The notes under the pieces are model-generated. The model was not told where the DNA came from and made no database searches. It was given only the letters and a program-made list of their open reading frames with translations. DNA of 64,000 nucleotides. Source: Blastocladiella emersonii ATCC 22665. Taxonomy: Eukaryota; Fungi; Blastocladiomycota. The DNA lies in the NCBI GenBank assembly GCA_025594325.1, contig JANHCV010000001.1, positions 3,968,001 through 4,032,000 on the forward strand. The letters run 5' to 3'. Both the position numbers and the translations under genes were made by a program. Positions 12,720 through 23,435 of this stretch are shown here, piece after piece; position 1 is the stretch's first letter; the number at the start of each line of letters is the position of its first letter.

Positions 12720-13083
12720 AGTTTGGTTGTACGGCGATCGCCCGTCGAGGAGAGAGAGGGGAGGAGGAGAGGCGTGGAGCTTGCGCTTGGGGACGGCTCT
12801 ATCGCGCGGCCCCAGAAACGCGATGATATCGACCACGTGAGCCGAAAATCTTCATCGCTATGCATGCCCTGCGCGCCATGCCGTTCTCTCCTCTCTCGCG
12901 CGCTCTGCGCGACATGAAGACTTTGATGATCAACCAAGCGACTTCATTTGAACGACAGAGAATGGACAACACGGCGCGAGCTGTACAGATCCCGCCCGTG
13001 GTGGTGGGTGGGAGCGCGATGCGTCCAGCGCAAAGACGTCTTTGGAGGGGGAGAATGTACACGGAGGAGAGCTGCTGCAGGCC

Positions 13084-13977
13084 TTAGTTGCGGTTGGCGC
13101 GCGCCTGGCGGTTGTTGTTCTGCGCGTTGCCGGTGTTGGCCGCGGCGCGCTGCTGGGCGCCACGGTTGTTGTTGTTGGCGGCACCGCGCTGCTGCTGCTG
13201 CGCACCGCGGGCCGCGCCGTTACCGTTACCGTTGTTGGCACGGCGAGCACCGGCGTTACCGTTCGCCGCACCCGCACCAGCGCCCGTGTTGAGGTTGTTG
13301 CCGCGCGCCGCGTTGTTACCGTTACCGCCGGCCCCGGCGCCCGCGCCCGCACCCGCACCGTCGTTGGCCGAGGCCATCATGACGGGGATGCACCCGCCGA
13401 ACGGGCCCGCGTTGGCGGGGTTGCGGCACCGGACGATGCACGCGTTGCCGTCGGCGCCGCCCGTGCACTGCGCGTTCTGCGGGATCATGACCATGAGGGG
13501 CTGCGGGGTCGTGTTGGTAGCACGGTTACGGCCGCGCTGCCCGGGCAGGTTCTGCATGACCTGGAGGGGCTGGAAGTCGGTACCCGACGCCGTGGTCGAG
13601 ATGTCGCACGTGTAGGGCCCGGCGCCGTCGGCGTTGATCTGGTGCACCGTGAGCGTGAGGGGCTGGCCGGGCGCGACCATGGGGAGCCCGCCGAGCTCGG
13701 CCTTCATGGCCGACATGCCCGAGGCGATGTCGTTGTTGCCGCCGCCGAGCGTGCGGCCGCAGGGGGACCCGCCGTCGGCGATCTCGCCGTCGCGGATGAT
13801 GGACGCGTCCTGCTGGAACGGGTTGCGGCCGGTGCCGTCGCGCGGCGTGGTCATCTTGACGCCGAGCGCGCGGCCCTCGACGTTGTTGATGCCCTTGGCG
13901 CCGATGATGGCGCCGTGCGAGTGCACGCTCGCGACCAGCGCGGCGAGGAGGGCAAGGGTGGCGACCGAGAACTGCAT
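13084..13977 (-). CDS. Secreted Egh16/GAS1/MAS-like (DUF3129) protein with an Asn/Gly/Ala-rich tail
   Basis: Signal peptide followed by HGAI..TPRDG..PFQQDASII..CGRT..HQINADGAGPYTC..CTGG..CIVRCRNPANAGPFGGC, the pattern I recall for this family. Confidence 0.8.
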   Translation of the reverse strand: MQFSVATLALLAALVASVHSHGAIIGAKGINNVEGRALGVKMTTPRDGTGRNPFQQDASIIRDGEIADGGSPCGRTLGGGNNDIASGMSAMKAELGGLPMVAPGQPLTLTVHQINADGAGPYTCDISTTASGTDFQPLQVMQNLPGQRGRNRATNTTPQPLMVMIPQNAQCTGGADGNACIVRCRNPANAGPFGGCIPVMMASANDGAGAGAGAGAGGNGNNAARGNNLNTGAGAGAANGNAGARRANNGNGNGAARGAQQQQRGAANNNNRGAQQRAAANTGNAQNNNRQARANRN

Positions 13978-14455
13978 GGTGATGGTTGGGTGATGGGGGT
14001 TACGACCAGCGTAAGAAGGCGAAGCGACCAGCGCGAATGTGTGAGGGAGTTGTTGGTTGTTGGTTGTGAGACCTGCTGAAGAGCCAACTCAAGGGCAGGG
14101 ACACGCAGGGATCTTATACCCGCGGCCCCGGGTCCCTGCGGCCCGCAGCAGGGCAACTGGGCCGCAGCGACCTTCCAGGCGCTCTTTCGTCGAACCGGTG
14201 CGACCATGAAACGGAGCCACGCAACTCAGTCGATTGCTTGTATTTCGCAAATTCCGGGGCGTGGCGTGGACGCGGCGCGTGGAGCGACCGCGCGTGCTGC
14301 GCCACCCGCCCTTGTGGTGGCGCGGGTGCGGCGCCCAGATTGCCCTCGAGGCGCGCCCCCTCGTAAGAAAATAACGCATACTGATCCATTCGACAAGGGT
14401 CGGCATCAACAAACGTCACATGAACCTCACGCCGACATGGACGACGCGCGCGGCG

Positions 14456-14959
14456 TCAGTGCTGCGCCTTGGCCTCGTCGATCTTGTTCTTCCACTCGGC
14501 CGCCGTCGAGCCTACACACAGGTGCCGCGGGTCAGCCGTGTTACGCACAAGTCGCGGATCCGACATACCCTCGGGAACTTCGAGCACGAGGCGAATGAAC
14601 GGCACCTCGACGCCCGCGGGTGCCGCAGCCGGATCGAGCGTGATGCCCAGCACGCGCGACGCGACCGTCGCGTCGGCCTCGGCCGCGGTCGCGGGCACCT
14701 TGTGGAAGAAGTAGAACATCTTGCCGTGCGTGCCCCACCATGTTCCCTTGGAGACGACGCCCGGGAGGTGGGTGCCGACGCGCAGGCCCGAGTGGAACCA
14801 CTCGGCCGCCTCGGGCGGCGAGCACTGCAGCTGCGTCACGGCAGCGAGCGGGACGGCGATCTCGCGCTTCAGGGCGAGCACCGTGTCGAGGCCCGACAGG
14901 GCGATCTTGAGGGTGGCCGTCGGCGTGTTTGGGTTGGTGAGGTCGAAGGCGATGGTCAT
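14456..14959 (-). CDS. Small uncharacterised protein resembling bacterial hypothetical (PH-like) proteins
   Basis: ORF from ATG 14959 with LALKREIAVPL..LRVGTHLPG..GTWW..GKMF. Probable in-frame 57-nt intron at 14512-14568 (GTATGT..GCTGAC..TAG). Confidence 0.6.
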   Translation of the reverse strand: MTIAFDLTNPNTPTATLKIALSGLDTVLALKREIAVPLAAVTQLQCSPPEAAEWFHSGLRVGTHLPGVVSKGTWWGTHGKMFYFFHKVPATAAEADATVASRVLGITLDPAAAPAGVEVPFIRLVLEVPEGMSDPRLVRNTADPRHLCVGSTAAEWKNKIDEAKAQH

Positions 14960-15276
14960 GGTTTCGTTTCGTTGGCTCGTGAGCGAGAAGGAAGCGCGGG
15001 GGAGCGTGGATGAGCCGCGAGGTCGCGCCCGAACCTTGTGCTGCTCGTTGTTGACGGCGCGAGTCAACTGGGGGGCTTCGCCGTTTCCGCCGACTTCTTC
15101 CGGTGCACCGGAGGAACGCGTGCGAGTGGTCCGCCACGCGTCGGTCATGTCCGGTGGCCGCGAAGGTCCCCTCTCGCTCACCCGGCGCAAGCACCGTCCT
15201 CTCGAGCTGCACAAATAACGCATGAATAGAGCAATGAAGCAAACCTGTATTCAAAACTGCCGAGCACTGATTACAT

Positions 15277-17595
15277 CTAGAACGACGGGAACATGCACCC
15301 GTAGGGGTCCGAGAGGTCCGGGTTGGCCTCGGGCTCGGGCTCGGGGTACTTTTCAAAGTTGGTGGTATCGCCGGGCCCGCTCATGCGCGGGACGATGGGT
15401 GCGGCGATGCGCTTGCTCAAGATCGCGTTCCAGTCGACGCCCTTGAACCACGGGTGGTGCTTGACGTCGTCGGCGCCGTTGCGCAGGTTGCCGATGCGGC
15501 GCGTCGTGTCGGCCGTGAGCAGCCGCTTGATCAGGTCCTTGGCGGCGGGGTCGACGAAGCTCGGGAAGTGGATGCGGCCGAGCAAAATCTTCTCGTAGAT
15601 GCCGTACGGCGAGTCGTCGAAGAAGGGCGGGTACCCGCACAGCATCTCGAAGATGAGGATCCCGAGCGCCCACCAGTCGACGGCGCGCCCGTGGCCGCGG
15701 CCCTGGATGATCTCGGGCGCGAGGTACTCGGGGGTCCCGCACAGCGTCCAGGTGCGGTCCTCGACGATCTTGGCGAACCCGAAGTCGGCGATCTTGATGT
15801 GCCCGCGCGCGTCGAGCAGGAGGTTCTCGGGCTTGAGGTCGCGGTAGATGATGTCGCGCTTGTGCAGGTAGTCGATGGCGCTGACAATCTCGGCGGCGTA
15901 GAACCGCGCCACGTCGTTGGCGAACTTGCCGGCGCGGCGGAGGTGCGAGAAGAGCTCGCCGCCGCACACGTACTCGAGCAGCATGTACAGGTTGGTCGGG
16001 TCCTGGAACGTGCAGAACAGGTTGACGATGAACGGGTGGTAGATGCGCGACAGGATCGCCTTCTCGGCGTTGATGTGCTCGACCTGCTTGAGCCGCACCA
16101 CCTCGGTCTTCTTGAGCACCTTCATCGCAAAGAACTGGTTGCTCCCGTGCAGTCGCGCCAGGTGCACGCGACCGAACGTGCCCGTGCCCAGCGTCTCGAG
16201 CAGGTCGAAATGCTCGAGCCGGTACCGCCGCCCGTCCTTGGCCAGCGCGTCGTCGACAATGTGCGGCGCGACCGAGCTGAGCGTCGTGCGCTGCTGCTGC
16301 TGCTGCTGCTGCTGGTGCAGGGTCGCGGGCGGCGGGGGCGGTGGACTGAACATGCCGTTGTTCTTGGCGCCACCAGCGCTCGTCGCCGCGGGCGCGGGCG
16401 CGGATGGTGGCGCCGCGAGGGGCGACGTCTGGCGCGACTGCGGCTCGTGCGGCGAGGCGACGCCGCCGCCAGCGAGGTTGCGCGAGGCGAGCTCGGGCGA
16501 CGCGGCGACGCCGCCGCCAGCGAGGTTGCGCGAGGCGAGCTCGGGCGACGCGGCGGCCGACTGGGCCTGCATGACGGCGAGTTGCTGGTCGCGGACCGAC
16601 ATGAGGGCGGCGGCCGCGGCGTGCGGGCTGACGACCCCCGACGCGCCGGGGCTGGTCTGGACGGGCATGGGCTGCGGCGAGGGCGCGCTCGAGTGCAGCA
16701 TGCTCGGGGGCGGGTGCATGGGCGAGGGCGGGACCGACGAGTTGTAGCTGCTCAGGTCGTCGAGCGAGGAGCCAGGCGTGGCGCCGACCATGCCGCCGAC
16801 GGCGGTGCTCGAGCCGTACGCGCCGCCGTACGAGTAGAGCGACGAGGTGGGCGCCGACTGCAGCGCGCGCGGCGACGAGCCCGTGTGCGGCGAGTAGACC
16901 TGGTGGTGCTGCAGCAGCGGCGTGCCGGGCGCGGTGCCCGACCCGTTGGCCGAGGGATGCTGCCGCTGCTGCTGGCCGTTGCCGTTGGGCGCGAGACCGC
17001 GCGGGAACGAGCCGGCGTGCGGCGAGTACGGGTACGGGCTCGACGCCACGGCATCGGCCGAGGGCGCGTCAAAGTAGCCGGCGTAGCCGCCACCGCCACC
17101 GCCGCCGCCGTAGTACTCGGAGGGCGGCGGGTAGCTCGGGTGCGGCGTGTAGGGCGCGGTGCTCGAGCTATGCAGCGAGAGTGAGGAGAGACTCGGCGAG
17201 GGCGAGGCGTTGGTGGGCGTCGGGCCGAGGTTGTGGGCGGCGGCCGACTGGGCGTACCCGCTCCCGCCGCCGTGCTGCAGGTGGCCGTAGCCCGAGGCGA
17301 TGACGGGCGAGCCGGGGACCGACAGCGACCCGAGCTGCGAGCCGTGCATGCTGAGGGCCGGGCTGTGCAGCGGCGGCGGCACGTACTGGTGCTGGTGCTG
17401 GTGGTAGTGGTGGCCGCCCTGCTGCTGCGGCTGCAGCTTGAGCGGCTGCAGGGACTGCGGGTGGCGCGACTGCTGCTGTTGCTGATGTTGCTGCTGCTGC
17501 TGCTGATGGTGGTGCTGTTGCTGCTGGTGGTCCATGTAGGCGCGGGCGTCGCCCTGGGCCGAGGCCAGGTTGAGCGGTGGCGGTGCGTGCGACAT
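15277..17595 (-). CDS. cAMP-dependent protein kinase catalytic subunit-like (PKA/PRKX type) with a long Q/S/P-rich N-terminus
   Basis: GTGTFGRV, FAMK, RDLKPEN, DFGFAK, TWTLCGTPEYLAPE, AVDWW, and a C-terminal FPSF (FxxF) motif. Start codon inferred. Confidence 0.92.
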   Translation of the reverse strand: MSHAPPPLNLASAQGDARAYMDHQQQQHHHQQQQQQHQQQQQSRHPQSLQPLKLQPQQQGGHHYHQHQHQYVPPPLHSPALSMHGSQLGSLSVPGSPVIASGYGHLQHGGGSGYAQSAAAHNLGPTPTNASPSPSLSSLSLHSSSTAPYTPHPSYPPPSEYYGGGGGGGGYAGYFDAPSADAVASSPYPYSPHAGSFPRGLAPNGNGQQQRQHPSANGSGTAPGTPLLQHHQVYSPHTGSSPRALQSAPTSSLYSYGGAYGSSTAVGGMVGATPGSSLDDLSSYNSSVPPSPMHPPPSMLHSSAPSPQPMPVQTSPGASGVVSPHAAAAALMSVRDQQLAVMQAQSAAASPELASRNLAGGGVAASPELASRNLAGGGVASPHEPQSRQTSPLAAPPSAPAPAATSAGGAKNNGMFSPPPPPPATLHQQQQQQQQRTTLSSVAPHIVDDALAKDGRRYRLEHFDLLETLGTGTFGRVHLARLHGSNQFFAMKVLKKTEVVRLKQVEHINAEKAILSRIYHPFIVNLFCTFQDPTNLYMLLEYVCGGELFSHLRRAGKFANDVARFYAAEIVSAIDYLHKRDIIYRDLKPENLLLDARGHIKIADFGFAKIVEDRTWTLCGTPEYLAPEIIQGRGHGRAVDWWALGILIFEMLCGYPPFFDDSPYGIYEKILLGRIHFPSFVDPAAKDLIKRLLTADTTRRIGNLRNGADDVKHHPWFKGVDWNAILSKRIAAPIVPRMSGPGDTTNFEKYPEPEPEANPDLSDPYGCMFPSF
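16456..16553 (-). repeat. Perfect 48-nt in-frame tandem duplication (AASPELASRNLAGGGV x2)
   Basis: Identical sequence at 16456 and 16504. Confidence 0.9.
17461..17528 (-). repeat. PolyQ/His tract in the kinase N-terminus
   Basis: Encodes HQQQQHHHQQQQQQHQQQQQ. Confidence 0.85.
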
Positions 17596-18327
17596 GGTCG
17601 CGTCGTCGATGGCGCTCGGGGAGGCGGTTTGCAAAAGGTACGGCGTGATGGAACCGCCGCCGTGAGCGAGTACGACGCAGGGACCAGTTGAGGAGACTTG
17701 GGGCGTCGGAGAGAGCGAGGTGGCGACGCGAATTCGCGAGTCGGGCGCAACGGCGGAGGTCGCGGTCGCCGCAGCAGGCGAGCGGAGTGATGCACACACA
17801 AGCAAAGGGCGAGGGCGAGGGCGCGGGGCCTATAACGCGTGGCGTGTGCGGGCGTGTCGGCGTTCAGGGACGAACAAACGGGAGAAGGAGAGGCGAAGGG
17901 GGGAGGCTTTGACGACGGTGGCGAGGCGGAGGGTGGCGTGGCGCCGCGCCTCGCCGATCCATCCACGTGCGTCCATCCGAATACAGCCCGTGTGCTCAAG
18001 GATTACCTGGATAATGTTCGTTTATGCAGGGAATGTATTCTTGTGCCTGCCGTAACTGACCTCTACCCTCTGCACAATATTACGACTTGCCAGGTCGCGT
18101 GGCGAGTGACTCGGAGCGGCGCGGCACGCCGATCCGGCCTGACCCGATCAGCCAGCGGCTCGGCCACAGCAGCGTGTCTCGCGTCTCTAGCGACCGACGG
18201 ACCCTCGCTCTCCTCCACGCTTCCCTCACTCACAGGCAATGTAAGCTATGAACATGACGAATACATCCGCGAGAGCGCAGGAGACTGACCCTGCGAGCCC
18301 TTAACTAGACACGCACGCACGAGAGCC

Positions 18328-18990
18328 ATGACCACCACGACCACGACCTCGCCCCTCCGCATCGGCGTGCTGGCGCTGCAGGGCGCCTTCATCGAGCACA
18401 TCCACATGCTCGAGCGCGTGGGCCGCGACGCCGGGCTGGCGCTCGAGGTGTTCCCGGTCAAGACGACGGCGCAGCTCGAGGACCCGACGCTGCACGGGCT
18501 CGTCATGCCCGGCGGCGAGTCGACGGCAATTGCCCTGGTCGCCGAGCGGTCCGGGTGCCTCGATGCCCTGCGCAACTATGTCCAGACGCGCCCGACGTGG
18601 GGCACCTGCGCGGGGATGATCCTGCTCAGCAAGACGGCGTCCGCGACCAAGCAGGGCGGCCAGACGCTGCTCGGCGCCCTCGACATCACCGTCGAGCGCA
18701 ACGCTTTCGGGAAGCAGGCCGACTCGTTCGTGGGCCCGCTCGAGATCGAGGGCATCGCCGACGGCGCGGCGCCCTTCTCGGGCGTCTTCATCCGCGCGCC
18801 CGTCGTGTCGCACGTCGGCGAGTCGGTGGCCGTGATTGGCCGCGTCAAGGGCCCCGACGGCGCCGACCGCGTTGTCGCCGTGCACCAGGGCCACCTCCTC
18901 GGCACCTCGTTCCACCCGGAGCTCACCCCCGACACCCGCGTCCACAAGTACTTTGTCGACCTGGTCCGCGAGTTCCACGCCCGCGCATAA
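18328..18990 (+). CDS. SNO1: Pyridoxal 5'-phosphate synthase glutaminase subunit (Sno1/Pdx2)
   Basis: IGVLALQGAFIEH, PGGEST, GTCAGMILL, RNAFGKQ, FIRAP, SFHPEL. Confidence 0.96.
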   Translation: MTTTTTTSPLRIGVLALQGAFIEHIHMLERVGRDAGLALEVFPVKTTAQLEDPTLHGLVMPGGESTAIALVAERSGCLDALRNYVQTRPTWGTCAGMILLSKTASATKQGGQTLLGALDITVERNAFGKQADSFVGPLEIEGIADGAAPFSGVFIRAPVVSHVGESVAVIGRVKGPDGADRVVAVHQGHLLGTSFHPELTPDTRVHKYFVDLVREFHARA

Positions 18991-19284
18991 CCCGTCGTTT
19001 GCTTTGATTGGACTTGCTTCGCACATCGATACACTACCTGATATGACACGTCGTGCCTGACCATCAGGGTTACCATCACAGGGACGAGTGGTCCATCGTG
19101 GGGCCAGGCCGATGGTCGGCGCGTTCGGAACGTAAGCGTCCCTAGGCGGCCGAGCGCGCCGCCACGGAAGGCGGCTCTCGGCAGGGACCCCTCCCGCGTC
19201 GCGTCCTCTCTCCCTCATAAGCTTATCAACGCAAACTGCACTGTATCAACCTAGCGAACCTTCCACTCGACGCAACGCATCGCC

Positions 19285-20795
19285 ATGGCCAAATCGTCCA
19301 AATCCAAGTCCAAGGCGTCGCTCGCGCTCGGGTCGGCGCCGGACCTGGCGCCCGCGGTGCCGCCGACGCTGCACCACGCCGCGTCCGAGAGCGCGCTGCA
19401 CGGGCGCATCGGCCGCCAGCACGAGCTGACGTCGTCCATGGAGGCGCTCGACATCGAGGACGACGAGGGCGGTGCCGGATCCAAGCACGCGGTCGCGCTG
19501 CGCGAGTCGCCCGCCGACGCGGACGCGGGGCTCATCGAGTCGGGCAACAAGGACTCGTTCTTCTCGTTCCTCAAGAGCATCCTCGGCAAGGACATTGACT
19601 CGGTCCGCATCAACGTGCCGCTGTTCCTGCTCGAGCCCTACTCAAACCTCGAGTTCATGGGCATGCTCGAGGACCTCGAGTTCTTCGTGCAGGCGCCGAC
19701 GCAGCCGACGCCGCTCGAGCGCATGGTGTCGGTCGTCACGGTGCTCATCACGTCGCTCAAGAAGGCCATGGCCAAGGCCAAGAAGCCCATCAACCCGGTC
19801 CTCGGCGAGGTCTTCTACGCGCACTTTGACGCGCCCGAGGGCACCCAGGCCGCGACCATTGGCGGTGCCAAGGGACCGCTCCCGACCACGCACCTTGTCG
19901 CCGAGCAGATCTCGCACCACCCGCCAATCTGTACGCGCGCGAACACCGTCCTGACTTGAGTTCTGCGCGTGGAGAAGGCACTGACGTGGCATCTGTCCTC
20001 GCGCGCGCGCGTGTAGCGGCGTTCCACCTCGAGTGCCCCGCGACGCAGGTCGGCGTGACGCTGATCCACGACATCAAGGCCAAGTACAACGGACTCAGCT
20101 TCGCGCTGCAGAACTCGTCGTACGCGACGCTCAACATGCCGGCGCACGGCGAGGAGTACCACATCACGTACCCGGACGCGAACCTGATCGGCGTGCTGAC
20201 GCTCAGCTTCCGGCTGCTGTGGACCGGGTCGTGCACCGTGACGTGCGCCAAGTCGAACCTGCAGACCACCATCACGTTCAAGGAGAAGCGGTGGTTCGGC
20301 CGCGAGACGCACGAGCTCGCGGGCACCATCACGCCCATCGACAACCCGAAGAAGGTGCTGGCCACGATCGGCGGCGAGTGGACCGGGCTCACCACCGTCA
20401 CCTACGCCGGCGACAAGGAACCCACGCCGCTGTTCGACGCCAGCAACAGCGCGTCGCCGTACACGGGCACCGTGGTCCCCGACGCCATCGCCCCCGACAA
20501 CACGTCGCACGCCGTGTGGGGCGACGTGATGGCCGCGATGCGCGCTGGCGACAGCGGCAAGGCACACAAGCTCAAGACTGATATCGAGAACAAGCAGCGC
20601 AAGATCGCCAAGGACCGCGAGGACGGCAAGGTCCCGCCGTACGTGCCGGTCTTCTTCGCGCCCGACGACCAGGGACGTGTCCGGTATGTCGGGCCCAAGA
20701 TCCCGCCCGCCAACGCCGACTACAAGGCCTTCACGGCCGCCGCGGCGGCTGCCACGGCGGCTGCCACGGCGTCGGGCCCAAGGCGGGCGGCGTAG
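19285..20795 (+). CDS. Oxysterol-binding protein (OSH/ORP, ORD-only)
   Basis: KPINPVLGEVF and EQISHHPPI motifs. Intron 19931-20016 (GTACGC..TAG) joins the two ORFs. Confidence 0.92.
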
Positions 20796-21038
20796 CGGAG
20801 TTGTCGATTGATCCCGAATGCATGGAGATGTTGCACACACGCGCCCGTCGAGTTGACCGGCTAAAAACTGCCCTGCTGAGCGTATTCTTGCGAGGAGGAT
20901 TGCAACGGCAGGCAAGGAGCGAGGAGCAGCGTGGCGAAGGGAGGCGCGTCTGGCCGCCGGCCGACCTTCACGATTCTCTCCCTCTCTTCGAACTCTATCA
21001 CCACCTCCACCGCCTGCAACGCAACGAATCAAACGAAC

Positions 21039-23380
21039 ATGGATGAATCAGAGAGGCGCAACGCCCTGACGGCGTGGGTGCGTGTCATGCCCGCGCACCC
21101 GACACGCCACCGTCGTCGTCGTCGCGTCCGAGCGCGCCGACCGACCGGCTGTCCCTGCCGATCCTGGGCTGACCCTGCAGTTACACGTCGCGTCGTCGTT
21201 GTCGCCCTGGCATCGTCACCCTGCGTAGGTGGCCACGTTCGGGTCCCTGAGCCGCCCGTGCGAAAAGTTCACGGACCTCGCCGACGGCGTGTTGCTCTTC
21301 GAGGCTGCCGCCGAGATGTACGGCGCCACCCTACTCCATCACACTCGCGCGTGCGTGCTGACGCCGACGATACGTCTCTTTCCGCGCGTGTAGCGACCGG
21401 GAATGGTTCCGCCTGATCGGCACCGTCGACCCGTCGACCAACACCTGGGTGCCGCGGTACAACAACCTCAAGAAGCTGCACAAGCTCATCACGGGCTACC
21501 TCGCCGACGTGCTCAACATGGACCTCAGCAACGACGTGTACCGGCGCATCCAGCTCGAGCGCATCGCCCGGTACACGGACGAGGACGAGCTCGAGAAGCT
21601 CACCACGCTGCTCCTGCTGCTCGCCGTCCACTCGAGCGCCACCGCTACCCTCATCTCGCGCATCCAGGCCATGGACACGCGCGTCCAGGCCACCCTCATG
21701 CAGATCATTGAGGCCCACCTCGCCCTCATCACCCCGATTGTCCCGCACGACGACCACGACGAGCTCCACGGTCGCGACGCCGCGTCGTCGTACGCCGGCG
21801 GCAGCAGTGATGTGTGGGGTGGCCGCACGGGCGACCGGTCCGACCCGCTCTCGGGCCTCGTCGAGGACGAGGACGGCGGCAGCTCGTCGGGCTACCGCTC
21901 GCGCACCCGCAGCCACTCGCCGGGCCTCTCGCTTGCGACCGGCGCCATGTCCCTCGCCTCCAACTCTGGGTCCTCCCCACCCGGCGCCTCCCCGTCGAGC
22001 TCCGCGCCCGGCCCGACCGCCGCGCAGATCTCGCAGCTCCTCCTCGAGAAGCGGCAGGCCGAGGCGCGCCACCGCCAGGTCGTCAACGACTACGACACGC
22101 TGCTGGCCGAGTTCCACGCCGTGTCGGGCGAGCGCAACACGCTGCGCGACCAGCTGTCGGTCGCCGAGTCGACCGCGTCCACGACGCCCGCCGCCGACGC
22201 CGCGCTGCTCCGCGCCGAGGTCCACCGCCTGCGCGCCGCGCTGCAGGTCTCCGAGGAGCAGCGCGAGGAGCTCGAGACAGTCGTCGGCGACCAGGGCCGC
22301 ATGCTCGCCGACCAGGGCCGCCGGATCGCTGATCTCGCGCACGCCGCCGACGAGGCCGCGCACCTGCGCGACGAGGTCGACGAGCTGCGCGACTCGGCCG
22401 AGAAGCTGCGCCGCGCCGAGGCCGCCCTCGACAAGTTCCGCGCCAAGATGGCCGAGGCCGCCGACGCCAAGCGGTCCGCCAAGGTGTACGAGGACCAGGT
22501 CGCCGCCCTCAAGGCGCAGGTCCAGCGCCTCGAGACCGAGCTCGTCCACCGCGCCGCTGCCGAGCCGCGCCAGGCCGAGGTCGTCGCCTCCGCGCACGCC
22601 GTCGAGGCGCAGTACTTTGCGCTCCAGGAAACCCACACCCGTACGCTCGACGACCTGCACGCCGCGCACGCGCGCGTCCAGGCCCTCGAGACTGACCTCG
22701 CCAAGGAGCAGGAGCGCGTGGCCGAGCTCGCCGAGCAGGTCCGCGAGCTCGAGCTCGCCTCGTCGTCGGTCGGGAACGGTTTCGGGGCCGCCGACTTTGC
22801 CGCCGCTGGCCACCGCGACATGCTGCCCGACCCCGTGTCGGACGAGGACCGCCGCGAGCTCGACGCGCTGCGCGCCGAGCGCGCCGCGATGCAGGCGCAG
22901 TTCGAGTCGCACAAGCAGCTGCTGAGCAAGGCGCGCGCCATCATCGTGCAGGGCAACGCCGACCGCAAGGCGCTCGTCGAGAAGCACCAGCTTGAAATCG
23001 CCGAGGTCCGCGTCCAGGCCCAGCAGGCCGCGGCCGCGGCAGCTGCCGCCGCCGAGCACCAGTCGGCATACCCCGAGGCCATCACGTCGATGCAGCACCA
23101 GATTCAGCAGTACCAGGCCGAGGTCACGGCGCTGTGGGCCGAGAACGCGGCGATCCGCGAACAGTGGCGCCGCGAGCAGGTCCTCATGGCCAGCGCGTGG
23201 CACAACTTGCCGACGACGCGCGCTATCGGGGCTGGCGCGGTTGGCGGCGGTAGCGGGTCGGGCACGCCGGGCCGGTACGGCGGTGGCAGCGCGGGCGCTG
23301 GCGGCGGTGACTTTGCTGGGAATACCTGGCTCGCGCAGCAGCGCAGGCTGCTGTCCGAGCACATCCAACGCCAGTTCTAG
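21039..23380 (+). CDS. HOOK-family microtubule/dynein adaptor
   Basis: Spliced N-terminus LTAW/..FTDLADGVLLFE/..WF..W..RYNNLKKL..I..Y (HOOK domain), a long coiled coil, and C-terminal REQVLMASAWHNL. Confidence 0.88.
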
Positions 23381-23435
23381 ACTACTCTCGGTTTCGTGTG
23401 TACCTGCGTGCGTGATTAAACATGTCCTTTTAAGA

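Noticed and set aside
18000-18990. SNZ-SNO divergent vitamin B6 gene pair
   Set aside because: No SNZ/Pdx1 synthase gene lies next to SNO1; the divergent neighbour is the kinase.
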